Below the pieces are notes generated by a model. It was given only the letters and a program-made list of their open reading frames with translations. It was not told where the DNA came from and ran no database searches. The position numbers were made by a program, and so were the translations under genes. DNA of 58,017 nt from Planctomycetota bacterium (GTDB lineage: Bacteria > Planctomycetota > UBA8108 > UBA1146): positions 1 to 58,017 of the forward strand of contig DUAN01000226.1 in NCBI GenBank assembly GCA_012960845.1, read 5' to 3'. Shown in pieces: positions 26,649 through 35,788 of the stretch; the first letter of the stretch is position 1, and the number at the start of each line of letters is the position of its first letter.

Positions 26649-29338
26649 TGTCGATGGAGAGGACCAAAGATCGGATGGAACATCTTCCGACAGATCCAGA
26701 CCCTGAAGAGACCTCGGAATGGCTCGAATCGATCGATTCGGTCAGTGAGGCGGCTGGAACCGAGCGTGCCGGTGGGCTACTCGATGATGTGATCTGGCAT
26801 GCCCAGGCGCATCATGTACCGCTGAGTTCACACTCGATCACTCCCTACCAGAACACGATACCGGTCGAAGCAGAACAGCCCTACCCCGGCGATGAGGAGA
26901 TGGACCATCGCATCGAGCGCATCGTGCGCTGGAACGCCATGGCGATGGTGGTCCGTGCCAACACCCAGCACGATGGACTGGGCGGTCACATGTCGACCTT
27001 TTCCTCCGCCGCCACCCTCTACGAGGTGGGCCAGCAGCACTTTTTCCGTGGCATCGATGCTGCAGGAGGAGGGGACCAGATCTTCTTCCAGGGCCACGCC
27101 AGCCCGGGGATGTATGCTCGTGCCTATCTCGAAGGACAGTTGCAAACCACCCAACTCGACCGCTTTCGGCAAGAGGTCAACGGGGCAGGACTCTCCAGTT
27201 ACCCGCACCCTCGCCTGATGCCGGAGTTCTGGCAGTTTCCCACCGTTTCGATGGGGCTGGGACCGATCAATGCCATCTATCAGGCTCGCTTCAATCGCTA
27301 CCTCACCGCGCGTTCGATCAAGGACACCAGTGAGCAGCGAGTCTGGGGATTCATCGGAGACGGTGAATGTGATGAGCCGGAGACTCTCGGAGCCCTGCGC
27401 ATCGCATCACGCGAACGGCTCGACAATCTCACCTTCGTGATCAACTGTAACCTGCAGCGACTCGATGGACCGGTGACCGGAAATTCGAAGGTGATCCAGG
27501 ATCTCGAAGGCGCCTTCGATGGAGCCGGCTGGCGAGTGATCAAGGTGGTCTGGGATCGACTCTGGGATCCACTACTGGCACAGGACACTTCAGGCAGGTT
27601 ACTGAAGAGGATCGGATCGATCGTCGATGGAGTCTGGCAAAGAGCGGTCGCCGAAGATGGCTCCTGGCTGCGCCAGCAGTTGAGCGATGGTGATGCTGAA
27701 ATCAGTACACTGCTCGAGTCGTGGAGCGATTCACAACTTCAACAGTTGGGTCGCGGAGGTCATGACCGTCGAAAGGTCGCGGCAGCGTTCGATCTGGCCT
27801 GTCGTCCCGATGGGCGTCCCACGGTGATCTTGACCAAGACCATCAAGGGACACCACCTGGGCCCACAGGCAGCGGCACGCAACATCAGCCACCAGATCAA
27901 GAAGCTCAAAGGAGATGAGGTTCGAGCGGTTCGTGACCTGCTCGAGATCCCGGTGCCCGATGCAGAGGTGGAATCTGCTCCCTACTACCATCCCGGAGCA
28001 GATTCACCAGAGGTTCGCTACATGCTGGAGCGAAGAGCAGCACTGGGAGGATCGATCCCACGACGTAGATCACAGGCTGCAGTACCGGCCCTCCCCTCTT
28101 CGATGCTTTTCGAGAAGTACCATGGCGGCACTGAGGGATCGCTACAAGCCTCGACCACCATGGCCTTTGCTCGGCTCTTTCGAGACCTGCTGAAGGTCGA
28201 GGGGATCGGCAGTAGAATCGTACCGGTGCTGGCAGATGAGGCGCGTACATTTGGCATGGAAGCGCTCTTCAAACAGGTCGGAATCTACGCTCCCGGTGGA
28301 CAGAAGTACCAACCGGTCGATCACGCACTGCTCTTCTCTTACACCGAAAAAGCGGATGGCCAGATCTTGCAGGAGGGACTCACCGAGTGTGGCTCACTCG
28401 CCACCACCATCGCTGCTGCGACCAGTTACTCGACCCATGGTGAGGTCACATTACCCTTCTACATCTTCTACTCGATGTTCGGGTTCCAGCGAGTCGGAGA
28501 TCAGATCTGGGCGCTGGGAGATGGGCGAGGACGTGGTTTCCTGCTCGGCGCCACCGCCGGAAGAACCACCCTCAACGGCGAAGGTCTCCAGCATCAGGAT
28601 GGACACAGCCCACTGTTCGCCTGCGCCTATCCCTCCTGTGTCACCTACGACCCATCCTTCGCCTATGAGCTGGCGGTGGTGATCGAGGAAGGGATGCGCA
28701 GGATGGTCGCAGAAGAAGAAGATGTGTTCTTCTACATCACCCTCTACAACGAAAACCTCGACATGCCAGCGATGCCAGAGGGCTGCAAGCAGGGCATTCT
28801 CGATGGCCTCTATCTCCTCGATGAGGCTCCCTCCGGCGATGGACCGGTGGTGCGACTGCTCGGTAGCGGGCCGATGCTACCACTGGCGCGCGCTGCGGCC
28901 ACTTCGCTGCTCGAACACCATCAGGTTCGTGGCGAGGTCTGGTCCGCCACCTCCTATCCGGAGTTGCGCAAGCAGGCGCTCGAAGTCGATCGCTGGAACC
29001 TGCTGCACCCGAGTGAAGAAGCGAGAGTTCCTCGGGTCACCGAACTGCTCGGCACCTCCGATGACCCGGTCATCGCGGTGACCGACTACATGAGGGAACT
29101 GCCCGATCTGGTGCGTCCCTGGGTCCAGGCTCCCTGGCATAGCCTCGGAACCGATGGATTCGGCAGATCCGACACCCGCGAACAGTTACGACGTTTCTTC
29201 GAGATCGACCAGGCGGCGATCGAAGTGGCGGCACTCTCCACGCTGGTCCGCAGCGGCGCGATCGAAGCGAAGCAACTCGAAGCGGCACTTCGAAGACTCG
29301 ACATCGATCGGGAATCTACCGCTCCTTGGACCCGCTAG
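26648..29338 (+). CDS. aceE: pyruvate dehydrogenase E1 component, homodimeric type
   Basis: About 895 aa. DPDPEETSEWLESIDSV N-terminus typical of AceE, with TPP-binding and transketolase-like regions. Possible starts are TTG 26645, ATG 26648 or ATG 26654. Confidence 0.9.
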   Translation: MSMERTKDRMEHLPTDPDPEETSEWLESIDSVSEAAGTERAGGLLDDVIWHAQAHHVPLSSHSITPYQNTIPVEAEQPYPGDEEMDHRIERIVRWNAMAMVVRANTQHDGLGGHMSTFSSAATLYEVGQQHFFRGIDAAGGGDQIFFQGHASPGMYARAYLEGQLQTTQLDRFRQEVNGAGLSSYPHPRLMPEFWQFPTVSMGLGPINAIYQARFNRYLTARSIKDTSEQRVWGFIGDGECDEPETLGALRIASRERLDNLTFVINCNLQRLDGPVTGNSKVIQDLEGAFDGAGWRVIKVVWDRLWDPLLAQDTSGRLLKRIGSIVDGVWQRAVAEDGSWLRQQLSDGDAEISTLLESWSDSQLQQLGRGGHDRRKVAAAFDLACRPDGRPTVILTKTIKGHHLGPQAAARNISHQIKKLKGDEVRAVRDLLEIPVPDAEVESAPYYHPGADSPEVRYMLERRAALGGSIPRRRSQAAVPALPSSMLFEKYHGGTEGSLQASTTMAFARLFRDLLKVEGIGSRIVPVLADEARTFGMEALFKQVGIYAPGGQKYQPVDHALLFSYTEKADGQILQEGLTECGSLATTIAAATSYSTHGEVTLPFYIFYSMFGFQRVGDQIWALGDGRGRGFLLGATAGRTTLNGEGLQHQDGHSPLFACAYPSCVTYDPSFAYELAVVIEEGMRRMVAEEEDVFFYITLYNENLDMPAMPEGCKQGILDGLYLLDEAPSGDGPVVRLLGSGPMLPLARAAATSLLEHHQVRGEVWSATSYPELRKQALEVDRWNLLHPSEEARVPRVTELLGTSDDPVIAVTDYMRELPDLVRPWVQAPWHSLGTDGFGRSDTREQLRRFFEIDQAAIEVAALSTLVRSGAIEAKQLEAALRRLDIDRESTAPWTR

Positions 29339-29426
29339 ATCACTGGACCCGCCAGATCGATCCTCGATCCACCCTGTCACTACACCACTCGACAAGAGGT
29401 GAAATCTGGTTCGAAGGTCGAGATCC

Positions 29427-29468
29427 AAAAACAGGGTCCGGACGCCACAAACTGACGACCGGACCCTG
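29427..29468 (-). terminator. intrinsic terminator downstream of ahcY, in the convergent aceE/ahcY gap
   Basis: Perfect 10-bp inverted repeat CAGGGTCCGG (29432..29441) / CCGGACCCTG (29459..29468). On the minus strand the hairpin is followed by UUUUU (29427..29431). It lies about 35 nt after the ahcY stop. Confidence 0.6.
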
Positions 29469-29502
29469 GAATGAGAACTTCGATTGTGGGCGCTGAAACC
29501 GA

Positions 29503-30975
29503 TCAATATCGGTAGTGGTTCGCCTTGTAAGGGCCTTCCTTCGGAATTCCAAGGTAGTTCGACTGCACGTCCGACAACTCGGTCAATCGCACACCCAGTT
29601 TATCCAGGTGAAGACGCGCCACCTTCTCATCGAGAGTCTTTGGCAACACGTACACGCGGTTCTGGTACTTCTCGCCGAACAGGAATAACTCGATCTGTGC
29701 CATCACCTGATTGGTGAAGGAGGCACTCATGACGAAGGACGGATGGCCCGTCGCACAACCGAGATTCATCAGGCGACCTTCCGCCAGCACGATGATCGAG
29801 TGTCCATCGGGAAAGTTCCACAGATCGACCTGATTCTGGTGCTCCTGCGGGTTCTTCAGATTTTCGCAGACGATGCCATCGACCGCGGCCAAACCGGCCA
29901 TGTCGATTTCATTATCGAAGTGACCGATATTCGAGACGATGGCGTTATTCTTCATTCGCTTCATATGATCGACACAGATGATGTCTCGATTCCCGGTGGT
30001 GGTGACAAAGATATCGCCATCCTCCACCACGTCATCGAGGTGAACCACCTGGTAACCATCCATCGCGGCTTGCAGAGCGCAGATCGGATCGATCTCGGTG
30101 ATCACGACCCGAGCTCCCTGTCCTCTGAGGGCCTGGGCACAGCCTTTTCCGACGTCGCCAAAGCCGAGCACTACACAGGTCTTGCCGCTGAGCATCACGT
30201 CAGTGGCGCGGCACAGGCCGTCGACCAGTGAATGGCGGCAACCATAGAGGTTGTCGAACTTGCTCTTGGTCACCGAATCATTGACATTCATCGCAGGGAA
30301 CAACAGCGTCCCCGCCTCTTCCAACTGGTAAAGACGGTGGACCCCGGTAGTGGTCTCCTCGGTCACTCCCTGGATGTTCTCGGCGATGGTTGTCCATTTT
30401 GCCGGTGCTTCGGTGAGGCTGACCTTCATCATCTCGAGGACATACTTCCATTCCTCAGGATCGCTCTCATCGAACTCAGGAACTCGACCGGCCTGTTCGA
30501 ACTCACGTCCCTTGAGCACCAGCATCGTCGCATCACCACCATCATCGAGAATCATGTTCGGCGGACCTTCGGGCCAGGTCATCGCCGACACCGTGCACTC
30601 CCAGTACTCCTGAAGAGACTCTCCCATCCAGGCAAACACCGGAACTCCCCTGGGCTCCTCGATGGTGCCCTCTGGACCGACCACCGCCGCCGCTGCGGCA
30701 TGATCCTGGGTCGAGAAGATGTTACACGAAGCCCAGCGAACTTCAGCACCGAGATCTACCAGGGTCTCGATGAGCACGGCAGTCTGGATGGTCATGTGGA
30801 GAGAACCCGAGATGCGTGCGCCGGCAAGAGGACGCTTCCCCTTGTACTCCTGACGGAGACTCATCAGGCCGGGCATTTCCTCCTCGGCGAGACGGATCTC
30901 TTGACGACCAAATCTGGCCAGTGCCAGATCCTTGACGCGATAATCGATTCCCTGTCGGGTCTCCTGGGTGGGCAT
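29503..30975 (-). CDS. ahcY: adenosylhomocysteinase
   Basis: [28 protein letters not shown]...NAD-binding [10 protein letters not shown]...C-terminal KANHYRY. ATG 30975 has AGGAAAGGGG 5 nt upstream; ATG 31005 is the alternative. Confidence 0.92.
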   Translation of the reverse strand: MPTQETRQGIDYRVKDLALARFGRQEIRLAEEEMPGLMSLRQEYKGKRPLAGARISGSLHMTIQTAVLIETLVDLGAEVRWASCNIFSTQDHAAAAAVVGPEGTIEEPRGVPVFAWMGESLQEYWECTVSAMTWPEGPPNMILDDGGDATMLVLKGREFEQAGRVPEFDESDPEEWKYVLEMMKVSLTEAPAKWTTIAENIQGVTEETTTGVHRLYQLEEAGTLLFPAMNVNDSVTKSKFDNLYGCRHSLVDGLCRATDVMLSGKTCVVLGFGDVGKGCAQALRGQGARVVITEIDPICALQAAMDGYQVVHLDDVVEDGDIFVTTTGNRDIICVDHMKRMKNNAIVSNIGHFDNEIDMAGLAAVDGIVCENLKNPQEHQNQVDLWNFPDGHSIIVLAEGRLMNLGCATGHPSFVMSASFTNQVMAQIELFLFGEKYQNRVYVLPKTLDEKVARLHLDKLGVRLTELSDVQSNYLGIPKEGPYKANHYRY

Positions 30976-31132
30976 TCTGGCCCCTTTCCTGATGTTCTGT
31001 GTCATCGCATGTCCCCGAGTGCGCTACAGGCAGCGGGAATCGATCGATCCACCAGTGGATCACGACGGAGTCGCAATCGAGGCACTGGGCAGATCATGCT
31101 CGGATGGTAACTGGAGGAAAAGCCATCATCGA

Positions 31133-31157
31133 GCCACTCTGGAAACAACAGAGCGAC
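31133..31157 (-). terminator. hairpin downstream of the 815-aa gene stop (weak terminator candidate)
   Basis: Minus strand reads GUCGCUCUG-UUGUUUC-CAGAGUGGC (9 bp including 2 G-U pairs). The nearest U-run is about 11 nt away, so it is not canonical. Confidence 0.3.
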
Positions 31158-31171
31158 TTCTGAGCGACTTC
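31151..31171. repeat. 11-nt-period direct repeat in the ahcY-upstream intergenic region
   Basis: gagcgacttc occurs at 31151..31160 and 31162..31171. Confidence 0.7.
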
Positions 31172-31189
31172 CGAACGATATCGATCGGC

Positions 31190-33637
31190 TTACAGCCGCG
31201 ATTCAACCCAACTGCGAATCTTGTCGATCTGGGACTGTTGGGATCCTACCGACTCCTCGGGGTCAAAATCGGGTGGAGAATCGGAGAAGAGCGCGCGAAT
31301 CCCCTGGTAACCGAGCATTCTCAGATCGTAGTGCTCCGAATCCAGGTCCTGGACCATCAGGCGAGCCGACTTCTGCAACCCCAGTTGGAGTGCGGCGCGA
31401 ATTGCGGTTTCCCTCAGGACCGGATCTCCAGCCGCAGCTTCTGCGATTCCGATCAGTTCATCCCCCGCCTCGGGCAATTGATCCTCACCAATTTCCCGGG
31501 CCCTGCTCCAGGTCTGGTACCAACCCGCCATCTCCTCGGGATCAGCGAAACCACTGGGGCGAATCGACTCCTCGCAGCGATCGAGAATTTTGCGAACCCC
31601 TCGGCTGTTGACCTTTTCTCGGACCAGAGCCAGATAGGGAACCATGGTGGGACGCCTCCAACTCGGAAGCGATTGCGCCATCTCCTCCAGCATCCGCAGC
31701 ATCTGAGGGTGCGGCCGAAGCCGCAATGTTCGAACCAGACTGGGCAGATGGACCGAGGTTCCGAGGCGTGGGATCAAGACCCATTCGTCGGAAGATGCTT
31801 GGTCCGACCGGACCCCCCCGGTGTAGATCACCACATCTCGAGGACCACGGGTCAGCAATGCACTGGCACGTTTCAGAATCAGCAGAGCGAATGAGGTATT
31901 GAGTCGATCGGACTCGCCGGGATATGACCCCTTACCGGCACTCCAATTGCCCTCATTCTGCTGGCGATCCAGCAGATAATCACTCATCTCCAGATACCAG
32001 TCATGCTCACCAAAAGTATGAACTTCTCCGAGATCGCCGACCTTTTCGAGGCTGTACATGCCGTAAAAATTATCATGCGGCTTCCAGTCCGCCTCGATCC
32101 ATGCGACCGAGTCACGAAGCGATTCTCGGACCTTTTGCCGCAGTTCAGCAGTGAGAGCTTCGTTACCGTAGCGATGCACGACCAGCAGCGACGAGGCCCC
32201 CGCGCATGTCATGTTCCACGATCCCGATTTCGGGGCCTTATCTGCGTAATGGAAGCCCCTCTTCCACGCCGTTTGCATCTCTGGCGCACTGAGTGGCCGC
32301 GGTTCTTTATCCGCCACAGCAGTGCCACCCCGAGCCTTTCCTTGGCCGGTTTCACGCTCCGGTTCAAGAATGATTCTTGGTGAAACTTCATCTCCTGAGG
32401 GCATCTGTACCGAGAGACAGTAGTTGGTCATCCCGAGCCAGCACTCATCTGAAATCTCGAAACCTCGCCTGGCAAAGACCCCGACAGCCAGTGAAGCAAA
32501 CTGAGTCACGGAGGTGTCTGCATCGGTAGCGCTGTGCAGGTAGCGCCAGCCTCCTGTTTGATTCTGTGCACCCAGGATGATCTCGGCTGCAATATCCAGA
32601 TCTTTGCGATGCTTGCGGGCCAATTTCAACAACTGGATGTCATTCAGTTCCGGCTGCAGGAGCAGTGCATCTTGTTCCGCCTGTGAGATCGCTGCATCGA
32701 GGGCAAAGGTCCAGCAGGAAACATCATAGATGCGACGCTGAGTTGGCATCGCCTTGCTACAGGCATCCAGATGTGAACGGATCACCGGGTGGCTGGCATC
32801 GATGCCGGCGACGATGAGGGCATAAGCCTCGAGCGCTCTGGCACCTGGAACCGCTTCCGGGCGTGAGGGACTGACACCAGCGGGATCGACCAGCGCCTTG
32901 TCGAGGATGAAATCAATTCCCCCCTCGATACTACGAGTGATCCGTTCATCTCTGTTGAGAGCCTTGTTGGCTTCCCTGTTGACCCGTTGCTTGCGGCCAC
33001 TGGCACGTAAGTTGCCGGACGCACGGAAGGACTCGACCTCGGTAGGACCGTCTCCAGCGATGATGCCAAATTCCCCGATGGCTCCTGCAATACCTTTTTC
33101 TGAGTGGATTCTCTTGCCATCGATGAACAGTATCAACTGACTTCCCCTGCGCCGGATGCGCACCTGCATCGATTCGCCCTGACTGACATGATCCGCCAGA
33201 GGACAGATCTCGACCCGGCGATCCGCCTTGGGATACCCGTGGAAGACCAGTTTTGCTCCGTCGCCGCCGAGAACCAAACGCCCTTGTCCGAACTGGATGC
33301 CCGCGTAATTGGAACCCACCTTGTTCAAGGTCATCTTGACCTCGATGTCAAAGTTGCCCGCTTCCAGGGTATGGTCTGCGATCACCATCTTGTTCTTGCC
33401 AGAACCGATGTACTTTCCATCCTGGATCTTCCAGCCGCCATCGATGACCAGCACACCCTGTGGGATACCCTTGCGGATGAATTCCTTGGCACTTCGTGCG
33501 GATGACACTTCTGCCAAGGCGGGTGCCAGAGGAGTGATGGACCCCACTCCCGTCGCTTCTGCGAGGGAGATCGACACGACGACAGCCACCATCAGGAGCG
33601 CGATGGTGCGGGAGGCGCGCCCTGAGACACGACCCAT
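31190..33637 (-). CDS. exported multidomain protein: LamG/DUF1080-like, prenyltransferase/terpene-cyclase-like alpha-toroid repeats, and HEAT-like C-terminus
   Basis: Signal peptide MGRVSGRASRTIALLMVAVVVSISLAEA. GWKIQDGKYIGSG is DUF1080-like. QNQTGGWRY and QQNEGNWSAG match the Q..DGGW repeat signature. C-terminus is helical. ATG 33637 has AGAGAGG upstream. Confidence 0.65.
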   Translation of the reverse strand: MGRVSGRASRTIALLMVAVVVSISLAEATGVGSITPLAPALAEVSSARSAKEFIRKGIPQGVLVIDGGWKIQDGKYIGSGKNKMVIADHTLEAGNFDIEVKMTLNKVGSNYAGIQFGQGRLVLGGDGAKLVFHGYPKADRRVEICPLADHVSQGESMQVRIRRRGSQLILFIDGKRIHSEKGIAGAIGEFGIIAGDGPTEVESFRASGNLRASGRKQRVNREANKALNRDERITRSIEGGIDFILDKALVDPAGVSPSRPEAVPGARALEAYALIVAGIDASHPVIRSHLDACSKAMPTQRRIYDVSCWTFALDAAISQAEQDALLLQPELNDIQLLKLARKHRKDLDIAAEIILGAQNQTGGWRYLHSATDADTSVTQFASLAVGVFARRGFEISDECWLGMTNYCLSVQMPSGDEVSPRIILEPERETGQGKARGGTAVADKEPRPLSAPEMQTAWKRGFHYADKAPKSGSWNMTCAGASSLLVVHRYGNEALTAELRQKVRESLRDSVAWIEADWKPHDNFYGMYSLEKVGDLGEVHTFGEHDWYLEMSDYLLDRQQNEGNWSAGKGSYPGESDRLNTSFALLILKRASALLTRGPRDVVIYTGGVRSDQASSDEWVLIPRLGTSVHLPSLVRTLRLRPHPQMLRMLEEMAQSLPSWRRPTMVPYLALVREKVNSRGVRKILDRCEESIRPSGFADPEEMAGWYQTWSRAREIGEDQLPEAGDELIGIAEAAAGDPVLRETAIRAALQLGLQKSARLMVQDLDSEHYDLRMLGYQGIRALFSDSPPDFDPEESVGSQQSQIDKIRSWVESRL

Positions 33638-33808
33638 CGAAACCTCTCTCTCGGAATTCTTGAGAAAAAAGCCCCGTGACCGAAGTCACGGAGTGCCGTG
33701 ATTCTATCAGGATCTTGCGAGGGAGTCAGCAACCCCCTCGATCCATTGCTGGGGGCCCGGTATCCTCACTCCTTGCAGATCAGCGTGTTTGCAGACGAAG
33801 GGGTCTAG
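33638..33808 (-). promoter_or_regulatory. candidate structured 5' leader / attenuator, or independent small RNA, ending in the terminator above
   Basis: A competing hairpin UCACGG-CACU-CCGUGA (33686..33701) shares CCGUGA with the terminator 5' arm. Upstream complementary segments are GGAGU/ACUCC and CAGCAA/UUGCUG, or alternatively GCCCCC/GGGGGU (33722..33772). Confidence 0.35.
33662..33693 (-). terminator. canonical intrinsic terminator (9-bp GC-rich stem, UUCG loop, U6 tract) located upstream of the 815-aa gene
   Basis: Minus strand reads CUCCGUGAC-UUCG-GUCACGGGG-C-UUUUUU (stem 33672..33693, U-tract 33665..33670). It is about 28 nt upstream of ATG 33637. No minus-strand gene lies upstream of it. 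Confidence 0.65.
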
Positions 33809-35758
33809 ATGTCGGAAACGATCGAGAACTTGTTCCAGGAGAACCGCTCATTCCCTCCCCCCGAAGCGCTCTCGAGGGATGCCAATGCCAGCGCCGAGAT
33901 CTACCAGAAGGCCGCTGCAGACCCCCAGGGGTTCTGGGTCGAGGAAGCGCAACAACTGCTCTGGAGCCGGCCCTGGGAGCAGGTTCTCGACGACAGCAAA
34001 GCACCCTTCTACCGCTGGTTTGTCGGCGGCACGCTCAATGTGACCGAGTCGTGCCTCGACCGACATGTCGCGACCAACCCCGATCGAATCGCCTTTCACT
34101 GGGAGGGTGAGGCGGGAGATTCCCGCTCCCTCAGCTACCAGGAGCTTCTGTCGGAGGTGTGCCGCTGTGCCAACGGTCTCAAACAGATGGGGGTGGCCAA
34201 GGGGGATACCGTCGCCATCTACATGGGCATGGTGCCGGAGATCGTCGTGGCGATGCTCGCTTGTGCCCGCATCGGAGCGGCCCATTCGGTGATCTTTGGT
34301 GGATTCAGCGCAGATAGTTTGCGAGATCGGATCGACGACTGTGCCTGCAAAGCAGTGATCACCCAGGACGGCTCCTGGCGTCGCGGAAGCGTCGTGCCTC
34401 TCAAAAAGAATGTCGATGATTCGCTGGTCGGCCAGCAAACGGTGGAAGCGGTGCTGGTTCTGAAGCGTGCGGGGAACGAGGTCGATTGGCAGCAGGATCG
34501 AGACCACTGGTGGCACGATGTGATTCCGCAGCAGGATGATACCTGTTGCGCCGAGGTGATGGACTCCGAGGATCTACTGTTCATCCTCTACACATCGGGC
34601 AGCACCGGAAAACCCAAAGGAATCGTCCATACCTGCGGTGGGTACCTGACAGGAGTCAGTTCCACCTTCCGAAATGTATTCGACATCAAGCCGGACGATC
34701 TCTTCTGGTGCACCGCTGACTGCGGGTGGATCACTGGTCACTCCTACATCGTCTACGGTCCACTGGCCAACAACGCCACCAGCCTCATCTACGAGGGCAC
34801 CCCGGACCACCCGGAGCAGGACCGCTGGTGGAAGTTGATCGAGAAGTACCAGGTCTCTATCCTCTATACCGCTCCCACTGCGATCCGCACCTTCATGAAA
34901 TGGGGAGAGTCCTTACCGGCAGGGTGTGATCTCACAAGCCTGCGCCTGCTCGGATCGGTCGGCGAGCCGATCAATCCGGAGGCGTGGATGTGGTATCACG
35001 AACACATCGGTCAACAACGCTGCCCCATCGTGGACACCTGGTGGCAGACCGAGACCGGCTCCATCATGATCACTCCTCTCCCGGGCGTCACCACCACCAA
35101 GCCCGGCTCAGCCGTTACCGCCTATCCCGGAATCGATGCGCGCGTGGTCGATGACGAGGGAACCGAAGTGCAACGAGGACACGGCGGGATTCTCGTCATC
35201 GACTCGCCATGGCCGTCGATGTTGCGAGGGATCCATGGCGATCCAGAACGGTACCGGGAAGTGTACTGGAGCCGATACGACGGCATCTATTTCCCGGGGG
35301 ATGGCTGCAAGGTTGATGAGGATGGCTACCTGTGGCTACTGGGACGAGTCGATGATGTGATGCTGATCTCGGGCCATAACATCTCCACCACCGAAGTCGA
35401 AAGCGCACTGGTCGATCACCCAGCCGTGGCAGAGGCTGCGGTAGTCGGACGCACGGATGAACGCACGGGCCAGGCGATCGCCGCCTTCGTGGTTCTGCGC
35501 TCCTCGGTCGAGGGCCATGATGATCTGATTGGTGAGTTGAGAAATCATGTCGCCACCAAGATCGGACCGATTGCCAAGCCTTCGAGTATCGTCTTCACTC
35601 CGGACCTGCCCAAAACTCGTTCGGGTAAGATCATGAGGAGATTATTGAAGGATATCTCGGAGCAGCGACAACTGGGAGATGTAACGACCCTGGCCAATGC
35701 CGATATCGTCGATGCGATCCGCGATGGAACTTCCGGTTCGACCTGCGAAGATCAATAA
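33809..35758 (+). CDS. acs: acetyl-CoA synthetase (acetate--CoA ligase)
   Basis: 649 aa. YTSGSTGKPKG AMP-binding motif, WWQTETG, and PKTRSGKIMRR at the C-terminus. GAAGGGG upstream of the ATG. Confidence 0.92.
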   Translation: MSETIENLFQENRSFPPPEALSRDANASAEIYQKAAADPQGFWVEEAQQLLWSRPWEQVLDDSKAPFYRWFVGGTLNVTESCLDRHVATNPDRIAFHWEGEAGDSRSLSYQELLSEVCRCANGLKQMGVAKGDTVAIYMGMVPEIVVAMLACARIGAAHSVIFGGFSADSLRDRIDDCACKAVITQDGSWRRGSVVPLKKNVDDSLVGQQTVEAVLVLKRAGNEVDWQQDRDHWWHDVIPQQDDTCCAEVMDSEDLLFILYTSGSTGKPKGIVHTCGGYLTGVSSTFRNVFDIKPDDLFWCTADCGWITGHSYIVYGPLANNATSLIYEGTPDHPEQDRWWKLIEKYQVSILYTAPTAIRTFMKWGESLPAGCDLTSLRLLGSVGEPINPEAWMWYHEHIGQQRCPIVDTWWQTETGSIMITPLPGVTTTKPGSAVTAYPGIDARVVDDEGTEVQRGHGGILVIDSPWPSMLRGIHGDPERYREVYWSRYDGIYFPGDGCKVDEDGYLWLLGRVDDVMLISGHNISTTEVESALVDHPAVAEAAVVGRTDERTGQAIAAFVVLRSSVEGHDDLIGELRNHVATKIGPIAKPSSIVFTPDLPKTRSGKIMRRLLKDISEQRQLGDVTTLANADIVDAIRDGTSGSTCEDQ

Positions 35759-35788
35759 GTTCCGAGGCGGTCGAGGCTCAAATAAGAC

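Noticed and set aside
30976-31189. An SAH riboswitch upstream of ahcY.
   Set aside because: The minus-strand leader does not contain the ordered CCGAGGAGCGCUGC...AGGCUCGG...GCGCUCAC blocks I remember. The only loosely similar string (CCCCGAGTGCGCT) is on the wrong (plus) strand. A covariance-model search is still needed to be certain.
33744-33764. A possible 6-codon leader peptide (ATG GAT CGA GGG GGT TGC TGA on the minus strand) within the candidate attenuator.
   Set aside because: The nearest SD-like motif (AAGGAG) is about 16-22 nt upstream, which is too far. The peptide has no regulatory-codon bias. I do not consider it supported.
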